Assembly (NCBI GenBank): GCA_945787785.1
Contig: CALZIO010000003.1
Span: 36,045 to 100,044, forward strand
Direction: 5' to 3'
DNA length: 64,000 bases
From: an uncultured Chromatiaceae bacterium
GTDB lineage: Bacteria > Pseudomonadota > Gammaproteobacteria > Tenderiales > Tenderiaceae
Part shown: positions 43,122 through 52,474 of the stretch, in pieces
Layout: every line of letters begins with the position of its first letter
Position numbering within the stretch: position 1 is the stretch's first letter
Notes under the pieces: generated by a model
What the model was told of the DNA's origin: nothing
Database searches by the model: none
The model's input: the letters and a program-made list of their open reading frames with translations, nothing else
Translations under genes and position numbers: made by a program

Positions 43122-45005
43122 ATGAGTAGTTACGACGCCTCCGCTATCGAGGTCCTCAGCGGTCTCGACCCGGTTCGCAAGCGCCCCGGCATGTACACCG
43201 ATACCACCCGCCCCAATCATCTGGCACAAGAGGTGATTGATAACAGTGTGGATGAGGCTGTCACAGGGTATGCAAAAAAGGTTGAAATCACACTCTATAA
43301 GGATGGTTCGCTTGAGGTGCAGGATGATGGCCGCGGCATGCCGGTGGATCTTCACCCCAAAGAGGGTGTCCCTGGTGTAGAAGTCATCCTGACCAAGCTC
43401 CATGCCGGCGGTAAGTTTTCCAACAAGAATTATCGTTTCTCCGGTGGTCTGCATGGCGTGGGTGTGTCTGTGGTGAATGCCCTCTCCAAACACCTGGAGG
43501 TGTGGGTCAAACGAGGTGGCCAGGAATACAATATCGCCTTCGCCAGTGGCAAAAAAGTTTCTGACCTGGAAGTGGTCGGCAAGGTTGGCAAGCAGAATAC
43601 CGGTACCCGGGTACGTTTCTGGCCCGACGAAAAGTTTTTTGATTCCAACAAAATCTCTGTCACCAAGTTAAAACACGTATTGCGGGCCAAGGCGGTGCTT
43701 TGTCCGGGCCTGTTAGTAAGCTTTTATGATGAAAAGTCAGGCGAGCAGGAAGAGTGGTGTTACGAAGATGGCCTGAGTGATTATCTTAGTGGTGCTTTAG
43801 AGGGATTTAGCTTGCTGCCGGAAGAGTTGTTTGTCGGCGGTACCGCTGCTGAGCATGAAGCCGCCGATTGGGCCGTGGTGTGGTTGCCTGAAGGTGGAGA
43901 GCTGATCACGGAAAGTTATGTCAATCTGATTCCCACCGCACAAGGCGGCACCCATGTGAATGGTTTGCGCACTGGCCTGACGGACGCCATCCGCGAGTTT
44001 TGCGAATTTCGTAATTTGATGCCGCGTGGCGTGAAGTTGGCGCCGGATGATGTGTGGGACAAGTGTGCCTATGTGTTGTCGGTAAAGCTGGAAGACCCTC
44101 AGTTCAGCGGACAGACCAAAGAGCGATTGTCATCGCGTGAATGTGCCCCGTTTATCTCCGGGGTGGTTAAGGACGCCTTCAGTTTATGGTTGAATCAGCA
44201 CACCGAAGCAGGTGAACAGATTGCCATGCTGGCCATTAGCAATGCCCAGTCGCGTATGCGCGCGGGTAAAAAAGTGATACGCAAAAAAGTGACCTCCGGA
44301 CCAGCGCTGCCGGGCAAGTTGGCCGATTGTAGTACACAAGACCCTGAACGGTCAGAGCTGTTTTTAGTGGAAGGGGACTCAGCCGGTGGTTCGGCCAAAC
44401 AAGCGCGCAATCGTGAATTTCAGGCCATTATGCCGTTGCGAGGCAAGATTCTGAACACCTGGGAAGTCGATCCTACCGAAGTGTTGGGATCACAGGAAGT
44501 GCATGATATTTCAGTAGCGGTCGGTGTGGAGCCGGGTTCGGATAATCTCAAGGGTTTACGCTACGGCAAGATCTGCATTCTGGCGGATGCCGATTCAGAT
44601 GGTGCCCATATTGCCACATTATTGTGTGCTTTGTTCTTGCGTCACTTTCGGCCGCTGGTCGATGCGGGGCATGTTTATGTGGCTATGCCACCTTTGTTCC
44701 GTGTTGATGTTGGTAAACAGGTTTTTTATGCCCTGGATGAAGCGGAAAGACAGGGCGTGCTTGACCGAATTACTGCTGAAAAGATCAAAGGTAAAGTTTC
44801 GATTCAGCGCTTCAAAGGGCTGGGTGAAATGAATCCCTTGCAGTTAAGAGAAACGACAATAGATCCTGATACACGTCGTCTGGTGCAACTGACCTTGGAC
44901 AGTGGTGATGATACCTACCAAGTGATGGATATGATGTTGGCGAAAAAACGATCTTCTGACCGGCGCTCCTGGTTGGAGACTAAGGGAAATCTGGCCGAGG
45001 TTTAA
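43122..45005 (+). CDS. parE: DNA topoisomerase IV subunit B
   Basis: YDASAIEVLSGLDPVRKRPGMYT, GGLHGVG, and Toprim motifs (LFLVEGDSAGGSAKQ, PLRGKILN). The 627-aa length fits ParE rather than GyrB. Confidence 0.93.
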   Translation: MSSYDASAIEVLSGLDPVRKRPGMYTDTTRPNHLAQEVIDNSVDEAVTGYAKKVEITLYKDGSLEVQDDGRGMPVDLHPKEGVPGVEVILTKLHAGGKFSNKNYRFSGGLHGVGVSVVNALSKHLEVWVKRGGQEYNIAFASGKKVSDLEVVGKVGKQNTGTRVRFWPDEKFFDSNKISVTKLKHVLRAKAVLCPGLLVSFYDEKSGEQEEWCYEDGLSDYLSGALEGFSLLPEELFVGGTAAEHEAADWAVVWLPEGGELITESYVNLIPTAQGGTHVNGLRTGLTDAIREFCEFRNLMPRGVKLAPDDVWDKCAYVLSVKLEDPQFSGQTKERLSSRECAPFISGVVKDAFSLWLNQHTEAGEQIAMLAISNAQSRMRAGKKVIRKKVTSGPALPGKLADCSTQDPERSELFLVEGDSAGGSAKQARNREFQAIMPLRGKILNTWEVDPTEVLGSQEVHDISVAVGVEPGSDNLKGLRYGKICILADADSDGAHIATLLCALFLRHFRPLVDAGHVYVAMPPLFRVDVGKQVFYALDEAERQGVLDRITAEKIKGKVSIQRFKGLGEMNPLQLRETTIDPDTRRLVQLTLDSGDDTYQVMDMMLAKKRSSDRRSWLETKGNLAEV

Positions 45006-45115
45006 AACCGGTATGATGACCTTATCTCTCTTCTAAATTTAAGGCAGGCCCTAGTTCAGCTCCTGCAGTGGTTTTACAACCTGTATTCTGTTTTTCTGAC
45101 GATTGGAAATAAGCT

Positions 45116-47278
45116 TTGAATAGACGTGATCTTGCAGTATGGCCTGGTGAAGCCTACCCTCTTGGTGCAACCTGGGATGGTCAGGGGGTGAATTTCGCGA
45201 TCTTCTCTGAACATGCAGAGAAAGTTGAGTTATGTCTGTTTGATCCAAAAGGACGACGGACCACCCATGCTATCGATATGCGCTGGCAGACGGATCAGGT
45301 ATGGCATTGTTATTTGCCTGAGGCGCGTCCTGGCACCCTGTATGGCTATCGTGTCTATGGTCCTTATGACCCTTCAAACGGTCACCGCTTTAATCCGAAA
45401 AAACTGTTACTCGATCCTTACGCCAAAGACGTGTACGGCCAATTGCGCTGGAGTGATGCCCTGTTCGGTTATCGTGTTGGCCATCCCGATAAGGATTTGT
45501 CCTTTGATCGCCGTGATAGCGCCATGGGAATGTTAAAATCCCGCGTGGTTGATACGTCGTTTAGCTGGGGGGATGACAAACTATTACGTACGCCCTGGCA
45601 CGATACTGTGATTTATGAATTACACGTCAAGGGATTTACGGCGCTACATCCCGATATTCCGCCACAGTTACGTGGCACGTATGAGGGGCTTGCTTCGCCG
45701 CCTGTCATAGAGCATCTAAAACGCCTGGGTGTTACGGCAGTCGAGTTGATGCCTACGCATACATTCATTGATGACCGTCACTTGTTAGAAAAAGATTTGC
45801 ATAATTATTGGGGTTATAACTCCATCGGTTTTTTTGCCCCGGATTCACGTTATTCGGCGAGCGGCCACTTGAATGAATTCAAGACCATGGTGAAACGCTT
45901 TCACTCTGAGGGTATTGAGGTCATTCTCGATGTGGTTTACAACCACACCGGCGAAGGCAGCCATATGGGACCGACGCTCTGTTTTCGGGGTATCGATAAC
46001 CGTGCCTATTATCGTGTTAACCCGGAAGATAACCGTTATTACAAGGATTTTACCGGCTGTGGTAATACCTTGAATATGCGTCATCCACGCGTTTTACAGT
46101 TGATTATGGACAGTCTGCGTTACTGGGTGCTGGAGATGCATGTGGATGGTTTTCGTTTTGATCTGGCCTCAGCCCTGGCACGTGAACTACATGCTGTCGA
46201 CAGGCTTGGCGCCTTCTTCGATATCATCCACCAGGATCCGGTGTTGTCGCAGGTGAAATTGATTGCCGAACCTTGGGATCTGGGCGAAGGCGGTTATCAG
46301 GTAGGTAACTTCCCGGTTGGCTGGACTGAGTGGAATGGCAAATATCGTGACACCATGCGTGCCTACTGGAAAGGGGATGGTGGCTTGATCGGTGACATGG
46401 CCTATCGCATGACCGGCTCAAGTGATCTGTATGAGCACGGCGGCCGCCGGCCTTATGCCAGTATTAATTTTATTACCTGCCACGATGGTTTTACCTTGCG
46501 CGACCTGGTGAGCTACAACGAAAAACATAATGAAGCCAATGGTGAAGATAATCGTGATGGTGAAAGTCATAACCTGAGTTGGAATTGTGGCGAAGAGGGG
46601 CCCAGCAATAGTCAGCACATCAACACGTTGCGATTGCGCCAGCAAAGAAACTTTCTTGCTACCTTGTTGCTCTCTCAAGGTGTGCCGATGCTCACTGCAG
46701 GTGATGAAATGGGCCGCAGTCAACAAGGCAATAACAATGCCTATTGTCAGGACAGCGAACTCACCTGGATTGACTGGACACTGAGTAAGGAAAACCAGGA
46801 GCTATTGAAATTTGTTCAGCGCGTAATCAAATTGCGTAAAGAACATCCTAATTTCCGGCGGCGTTACTTTTTCCAGGGGCGGGACATTGTCGGTGCCGGC
46901 GTTAAAGATATTACCTGGCTACGCCCCATCGGTGGAGAAATGACAGATAAAGAGTGGCATCAGTCATTTGCCCGCTCCCTGGGGTTGTTTTTAGCAGGAG
47001 ATGCAATCGATGAGCATGATGAGCGTGGTGAAAAGATTAGCGATGATAATTTGATATTGTTATTTAATGCCCATCATGAAGATATTCCCTTTGTTTTGCC
47101 TGCTGAACCATCGCAGGCACGTTGGCAAGTGTTACTTGATACCAGCTATAGTGATGGAAATGGAGCGCCGGGCCGTTTGTACCATGCGAATGAGAAGTTT
47201 CCTCTGCAAAAGCGTTCATTTGTACTTCTGAAACAGCTAATCAGTCCACCGCTCCTCTCTATGGTGTCTTCCATCTGA
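45116..47278 (+). CDS. glgX: Glycogen debranching enzyme (GH13_11)
   Basis: TTG start. PYPLGATWDGQGVNFAIFS, DVVYNHT, GFRFDLA, IAEPWD, FITCHDGFTL. 720 aa. Confidence 0.93.
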   Translation: MNRRDLAVWPGEAYPLGATWDGQGVNFAIFSEHAEKVELCLFDPKGRRTTHAIDMRWQTDQVWHCYLPEARPGTLYGYRVYGPYDPSNGHRFNPKKLLLDPYAKDVYGQLRWSDALFGYRVGHPDKDLSFDRRDSAMGMLKSRVVDTSFSWGDDKLLRTPWHDTVIYELHVKGFTALHPDIPPQLRGTYEGLASPPVIEHLKRLGVTAVELMPTHTFIDDRHLLEKDLHNYWGYNSIGFFAPDSRYSASGHLNEFKTMVKRFHSEGIEVILDVVYNHTGEGSHMGPTLCFRGIDNRAYYRVNPEDNRYYKDFTGCGNTLNMRHPRVLQLIMDSLRYWVLEMHVDGFRFDLASALARELHAVDRLGAFFDIIHQDPVLSQVKLIAEPWDLGEGGYQVGNFPVGWTEWNGKYRDTMRAYWKGDGGLIGDMAYRMTGSSDLYEHGGRRPYASINFITCHDGFTLRDLVSYNEKHNEANGEDNRDGESHNLSWNCGEEGPSNSQHINTLRLRQQRNFLATLLLSQGVPMLTAGDEMGRSQQGNNNAYCQDSELTWIDWTLSKENQELLKFVQRVIKLRKEHPNFRRRYFFQGRDIVGAGVKDITWLRPIGGEMTDKEWHQSFARSLGLFLAGDAIDEHDERGEKISDDNLILLFNAHHEDIPFVLPAEPSQARWQVLLDTSYSDGNGAPGRLYHANEKFPLQKRSFVLLKQLISPPLLSMVSSI

Positions 47279-47694
47279 ATTCGCTCCGTTCCATTAATTT
47301 GGAATGCCTAAATCAACATCACTGTGAACGCATAGTCATTTCGTTAGCGGCGCTATCGAAGTGAGTTGACAAAAGTTCACATTTGCCATCCTGCCGAGTT
47401 GTACATCCTTATATTAAAGATTGTTGTTTATCAACTTCTAATAGAATCAATATCTTATATCCGTGATTTTTTTAGATAAAAGTCTTAATTGATTTTTGTG
47501 GTGGATTGATTCGATTTTCTCAGAATTAAATACCATGAAATTAACAGCTTAAATGGCTTGAGGGCTTACTAAAGGTTTTTCTCAAGGCGACGTTATCTTT
47601 TTTGCGTGGGGAGATCGTGATTGAGATCAACCAATTAAATAAGCAGTTTCACGCTTTAGAAAACATTGTTTGAAGGATCAAAAAGGTCAGATTA

Positions 47695-49326
47695 ATGATC
47701 ATGAATTTTGAGAAATTTCTTGGCAGGTTTAGTTGGCGAACCAAGATACTTGCTCTGTCTGGAATATTGGCAATAGGCACGGTTTCCGTAGGTGCCATGG
47801 GAGCCTATTCCATACTCAAGTTAAGCAAGGAAGTTAACGAAGCCAACGCTGAGGCAGCGCTGCGGATGAATACCGTTGAAGATGCGCAATTTGCACTGTT
47901 AAGAATGGGCATTGCACAAACCGAAGTCATTGCCCATGTTGATAAAAAAGAGATCAGGTCAGCTTCAGTAGCGGCCATTAAGTCTGCCAGTCATCTCGAA
48001 GAACAAATCACCAGGCTGCGTGATGTTATGCCAGAAAATGCTGATGTGGTGGAATTGCAGGAACTGATACAAAAAATTAATCCCAAGCGCATGGAAGTGA
48101 TCAAGTTGGCGCGTAAAGATCATGACCTGGAAGCGTTGCGCGCTGTGGATGTCATGGCCCCATTGTTTAAACGTGTTGATGAGTTGTCTGAGGCGATCAT
48201 CAATGGCCAGCGTGCCTCCATGGATGCACAACTGGTCGAGATCGAGCAAACAGGCAAACAGACAATTGTCTACTTGATGATTTTTGTTGGTATTGGACTT
48301 GCGGTCAGTGTTGCCTTGAGTCTGATTCTGGCCCGCTTTGCCACCAAGCCTATGTTTGCCCTTGAGGAAGCCATGCAATCACTCTCTGATGGTGATTTAA
48401 GAGTTAAATTGGATAACTGTGGCACTGACGAGGTAGGACGCATGGTAGATGCCATGAGTAATACAGTCAGTGATCTCCATTCGATTGTGACAAATATCCA
48501 TTCCGGTACTGAAGTGCTTAGCCGTCAGGCCGAGAGTGTGGCGCAAACCGCCGATGGTATCCACGATGTGTCTGCCAGGCTGCATGGCAGTGTTAAAAAT
48601 ATCAAAGGTGACGCAGAAATAGTTAAGTCCACTACCAATGGCGCAGTGACTGAACTGGAACGTGCTGCCGTAACGGCACAAGAGTCTGCTGATACCTCAG
48701 AAAATATGGCGCATAGGATTAATGATACTGCAGCCAGCTTTGAGCGCTTCCAGGAAAATATGGAACATACCGCACAAGTAACACGTGAGCTGTCTATGAC
48801 AGCCGAAACCATTACTGCGATTACCAAGACGATTCGTGATATTTCATCCCAGACAAATTTGCTAGCACTCAATGCTGCCATCGAGGCCGCTCGTGCCGGT
48901 GAGCAGGGGCGCGGTTTTGCTGTCGTGGCTGATGAAGTTCGTCAGTTGGCTTCAAGAACTGAGGAGGCAACTTCAGAGATTTCCGGTTTGGTCGAAACAA
49001 TTTCATCAAGTGTAGGCAATGCCGTTCAGATGCTCGAGAGTTCAGTAAGTGAATCTCGAAATAATATTGAACGGCTCAAAGGGGTGTCAGAAGAAACTTC
49101 AGTGAGCCGTGATCAGGCTGTGCATCTGCGTGAAGCAATGCATGGAGTTGTGCAGATGATCGGTGATCAGGAACAAGCTGTGGTAGGCATCAATGAAGCT
49201 GTTACCCAGTTGTTTGAATTGAGTGGTGAAACAAACAGCCAGACTGAGTTGCTGCATAGCTTGTCTGGTGAGTTGAATGAAGCTGCTGCAGAACTTGGCC
49301 ATGTAGTCGATAAGTTCAAACTGTAG
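47695..49326 (+). CDS. Methyl-accepting chemotaxis protein (TM1, helical periplasmic domain, TM2, HAMP, signalling domain)
   Basis: Conserved hairpin tip: [43 protein letters not shown]. Two TM helices flank a region of about 150 aa. 543 aa. Confidence 0.9.
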   Translation: MIMNFEKFLGRFSWRTKILALSGILAIGTVSVGAMGAYSILKLSKEVNEANAEAALRMNTVEDAQFALLRMGIAQTEVIAHVDKKEIRSASVAAIKSASHLEEQITRLRDVMPENADVVELQELIQKINPKRMEVIKLARKDHDLEALRAVDVMAPLFKRVDELSEAIINGQRASMDAQLVEIEQTGKQTIVYLMIFVGIGLAVSVALSLILARFATKPMFALEEAMQSLSDGDLRVKLDNCGTDEVGRMVDAMSNTVSDLHSIVTNIHSGTEVLSRQAESVAQTADGIHDVSARLHGSVKNIKGDAEIVKSTTNGAVTELERAAVTAQESADTSENMAHRINDTAASFERFQENMEHTAQVTRELSMTAETITAITKTIRDISSQTNLLALNAAIEAARAGEQGRGFAVVADEVRQLASRTEEATSEISGLVETISSSVGNAVQMLESSVSESRNNIERLKGVSEETSVSRDQAVHLREAMHGVVQMIGDQEQAVVGINEAVTQLFELSGETNSQTELLHSLSGELNEAAAELGHVVDKFKL

Positions 49327-49382
49327 GTGTTTCCATTTTGTAAGTCGATTTACCTGGATATATCAATAATGAGGAGGAACTC

Positions 49383-50435
49383 ATGAAATTAAGTACCTTT
49401 GGTCAGAAAAACCTGACAAAGAAGATTGCCACTGCTTTGATAGGTGTGTCTGTCGTTATAGGTGCAACCACTGCAGCTGCCGCTGCAATGAAACCTAGCT
49501 CTGAAGATGTGAAGAAATACCTGCGTCCAATGGAAGTGCCTCAAGGCAAAAATAACATCAGTACACCGGAGAGAGTTGAACTGGGTAAGGTGCTGTTTTT
49601 TGATCCTCGTCTTTCTGGCTCAAACTTCATCAGCTGTGCTACCTGTCATAACCCAGCCCTGGGTTGGTCTGACGCACAGCCGACAGCGGTAGGGCACGGT
49701 ATGCAGATTCTTGAGCGGTCGACGCCAACTATTCTGAATACAGCTTACCAGCGTTTTCAGTTCTGGGATGGCCGTGCCCGTACGCTGGAAGATCAGGCGA
49801 CTGGCCCAATTGAAGCTGGTGGTGAAATGGCGCAGCCTATTGATGAACTGGTACCTGAGCTGGAGGCGATTCCCGATTATGTCGCCATGTTCGAAGCAGC
49901 TTATCCTGGTGAAGGTGTTTCCAAGGAAACGATAGGTAAGGCAATTGCGGTATTTGAGCGCACAGTTGTATCAACCGACTCAGATTTTGATCGCTGGTTG
50001 AAAGGTGTTAACGGTGTCATGAGTAAAGAGGCGCTGCGTGGTTTTGAAGTATTCAAAGGTAAAGCCAACTGTGTTGCTTGTCACGACGGCTTTAACTTCA
50101 GTGACAATGGTTTTCATAACATTGGTCTGAAAGACATGGAAGATCCCGGTCGCTTCGCTATTAAGCCAATCAAAGTGTTAAAAGGTGCTTTTAAGACACC
50201 AACCCTGCGTGATGTCGCACTGACAGCACCATATATGCACAACGGTGCTTATGCCACGTTGGAAGAAGTGATCGATCATTACAATGCGGGCGGCTTTGAA
50301 AACGCAGGCACGCTTTCTCCAAACATGAAGCCTCTCAAGCTTAGCAAAAAAGAGAAGCGGGACCTGGTTGAATTTCTGAAAGCGCTGACCGGTGATCCAA
50401 TGGAAGTCGCTGTGCCTCAGTTGCCAGTCAACTAA
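49383..50435 (+). CDS. Periplasmic di-haem cytochrome c peroxidase, CcpA/MauG family
   Basis: Signal peptide. Two CxxCH motifs (CATCH, CVACH). FWDGRA.TLEDQA.GPI, TPTLRDV..TAPYMHNG. 350 aa. Good RBS (GAGGAGGAAC). Confidence 0.9.
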   Translation: MKLSTFGQKNLTKKIATALIGVSVVIGATTAAAAAMKPSSEDVKKYLRPMEVPQGKNNISTPERVELGKVLFFDPRLSGSNFISCATCHNPALGWSDAQPTAVGHGMQILERSTPTILNTAYQRFQFWDGRARTLEDQATGPIEAGGEMAQPIDELVPELEAIPDYVAMFEAAYPGEGVSKETIGKAIAVFERTVVSTDSDFDRWLKGVNGVMSKEALRGFEVFKGKANCVACHDGFNFSDNGFHNIGLKDMEDPGRFAIKPIKVLKGAFKTPTLRDVALTAPYMHNGAYATLEEVIDHYNAGGFENAGTLSPNMKPLKLSKKEKRDLVEFLKALTGDPMEVAVPQLPVN

Positions 50436-50465
50436 TACCGGTTCAAGGATAGAAAGGAGAAAAAC

Positions 50466-50801
50466 ATGTTAAGTAAGAAGTTAACTACTATGGGACTGGT
50501 TGCGCTGTTTATGTCGGCAACTGCAAGTGCCGGTGACCATACCATTGCGCAAAACAGCAAGAGTTTTAAATTAAATGGCTCTCAGGTTGAAGAGTATACA
50601 ATTAAGGCGGGTGAAACGATTCATTTCAAGAATGAAGACCCGTTTTTTCATAATATCTTTTCATTATCAGACCTGAAAACATTTGACCTGGGTTCATATC
50701 CGGCAGGCGAATCAAAGTCTGTGACGTTTGACACTCCGGGTGAAGCCGAAATTGAGTGTGCGATTCATCCTGAAATGTACCTGCTGCTCACGGTGGAATA
50801 A
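50466..50801 (+). CDS. Small secreted cupredoxin with a complete type-1 copper ligand set
   Basis: Signal peptide ...ATASA/GD. First His in FFHNIF (plastocyanin-like HN). C-terminal loop ECAIHPEM = C-x2-H-x2-M, as in amicyanin. The mature protein is about 89 aa. RBS AAGGAGAAAAAC. Confidence 0.7.
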   Translation: MLSKKLTTMGLVALFMSATASAGDHTIAQNSKSFKLNGSQVEEYTIKAGETIHFKNEDPFFHNIFSLSDLKTFDLGSYPAGESKSVTFDTPGEAEIECAIHPEMYLLLTVE

Positions 50802-51463
50802 TGAAAATCCCAGGGATTGTGGTCAGCATGATGGTGCTGATAGTTTCTATCAGCGTCGTCAACCTGGTCCATGCAGGCGAGACTGATACGCGCAAGGAAA
50901 TACGTGCGGCAAAGTCAAAGCCCACCATCAGAGGCGGTATCGTCTACAAGAATTATTGTGTCCTCTGTCATGGTGAACGCGGCGATGGAATGGCCCGTGC
51001 AACCAAGCTTTATGGTCAGGGAAACCTGGTGATAAAAGCGCGCGATGACGACTATTATCAACAGATTATTCGATATGGCGGTTCTTCAGTAGGTCTTTCC
51101 AGATATATGCCGGCCTGGGAAGAGGAGTTGTCGGAAGAACAGATTAACGACGTGATTGATTATATATCTATCGTTAATGACCCGGTTGAGCGAGGCAGGG
51201 TCGTGTTTATGACCAGCTGTATCCTTTGTCATGGTGTTAAGGCTAATGGCAAGGGGCGTGCCTCGGTAATGTATGACCCCAGGCCGGCTGATCTAACCCG
51301 CAGTGATAAAAATGACTCGTATAAAAAGATGATTATTACCATGGGCGGTGAGGCCATGGGGCGCTCGAAAGTAATGCCGCAGTGGGGGCTGCAACTGAAA
51401 GAGCAGGAAATCGACGATGTAATCGAGTATCTGCGCACAATATTGGTTAAACCTCTGAAATGA
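50801..51463 (+). CDS. Di-haem c-type cytochrome (two class-I cytochrome c domains)
   Basis: The ATG overlaps the cupredoxin stop (TAATG). Signal/anchor helix. Haem sites CVLCH and CILCH, each followed by a candidate Met ligand (RYMPAW, KVMPQW). Confidence 0.85.
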   Translation: MKIPGIVVSMMVLIVSISVVNLVHAGETDTRKEIRAAKSKPTIRGGIVYKNYCVLCHGERGDGMARATKLYGQGNLVIKARDDDYYQQIIRYGGSSVGLSRYMPAWEEELSEEQINDVIDYISIVNDPVERGRVVFMTSCILCHGVKANGKGRASVMYDPRPADLTRSDKNDSYKKMIITMGGEAMGRSKVMPQWGLQLKEQEIDDVIEYLRTILVKPLK

Positions 51464-51498
51464 TAGACGCTGCGAGTAAATCCGTAAAAGGAAGCCTT

Positions 51499-52251
51499 AT
51501 GTTTCGATTTGTGCAAAAAATAGCGGCTTCGGCTGGCAGGGTGGGGATCATTATTGGTTTGCTGGGAATGTCACTGACGGTGGCGCCGAGTTATGCTGCA
51601 GATAATAATGCTGATGAAGAGGCGAAGCAGCAAGCTAAAATAGAAATCAGGGAAACACGAAAACAAATTCGTAAAGTGATGCGGATTGCCAGGGAAAAAA
51701 TGAAACAGGCTGTTCGTGGTGGTCAGGTATACAAGACTTATTGCGTCCTGTGTCATGGTGAGAATGGCGCTGGTGATGGCCCGTTAAGTGCGGTGTATGA
51801 CGATTTATCACTTAAGATCAATAAACAGTCGCAGGAGTTTTATGGAAAGATTGTTGAAGGCGGCGGGGCAGCTGTAGGCCGTTCAGCCTTCATGCCGACC
51901 TGGCGAGATGAGCTTTCTGAAGAACAAATTGAAGACGTAGTTATGTATCTCTCCATGCTTTCCGATCCAGTTCGCCGTGGTGAAGTTGTATTCAAGACCA
52001 GCTGTATCCTCTGTCATGGGGTGAATGGTGATGGTATGGGGCGTGCCTCGGTATTGTTTGACCCGCCACCTGCTGACCTGACTCGAAGCGATAAGAACGA
52101 CACCTACAAGAAGATGATCATCACCATGGGTGGTGCTGCCATGGGACGTTCCGAGGTCATGCCCATCTGGGGGCAAGAGCTGAGCGAACAACAGATTGAT
52201 GATGTGGTTGCGTATCTGCGTACTATCCTGGTAATACCGCCGCCAGATTAA
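51499..52251 (+). CDS. Di-haem c-type cytochrome, paralog of the preceding gene
   Basis: Start chosen at the ATG at 51499, after AAGGAAG (MFRFVQKIAAS...APSYA/AD signal). Haem sites CVLCH and CILCH. The C-terminal domain is highly similar to that of 50801..51463 (TSCILCHGV...GRASV..DP.PADLTRSDKND.YKKMIITMGG.AMGRS.VMP.WG). Confidence 0.85.
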   Translation: MFRFVQKIAASAGRVGIIIGLLGMSLTVAPSYAADNNADEEAKQQAKIEIRETRKQIRKVMRIAREKMKQAVRGGQVYKTYCVLCHGENGAGDGPLSAVYDDLSLKINKQSQEFYGKIVEGGGAAVGRSAFMPTWRDELSEEQIEDVVMYLSMLSDPVRRGEVVFKTSCILCHGVNGDGMGRASVLFDPPPADLTRSDKNDTYKKMIITMGGAAMGRSEVMPIWGQELSEQQIDDVVAYLRTILVIPPPD

Positions 52252-52304
52252 ATGTCAGACTTAATAAGAGGCTCCTTAATTTAACAATAAAGTAATATTG
52301 CCAA

Positions 52305-52328
52305 GGGATGGTTCGCCATCCCTTTTTA
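52305..52328 (+). terminator. Intrinsic terminator closing the MCP-peroxidase-cupredoxin-cytochrome gene string
   Basis: GGGATGG-ttcg-CCATCCC followed by TTTTTAG. Confidence 0.88.
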
Positions 52329-52474
52329 GTTTGGGAGAGTCTGCTGTGGCTCTCTATCAGCAAAGTATTTGTCGAATGCCTACCCGCCCTGTATAGTTAT
52401 TTTATCGCTTTTTGATTTGTTGTTCGTTAAGGCCAGATGTTTTTAATAACCAGAAACTAAGGGTAGGGCAAATA

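Noticed and set aside
43017-43493. 158-aa ORF on the minus strand overlapping the parE start region
   Set aside because: It lies antisense to a highly conserved gene (parE), has no RBS and no recognisable motif. I treat it as a shadow ORF.
47323-47381. TGTGAAC ... GTTCACA as a CRP/FNR-type site
   Set aside because: The half-sites are 45 nt apart rather than 4-6 nt, so this is not a CRP or FNR box. I kept it only as a possible hairpin within the AT-rich leader.
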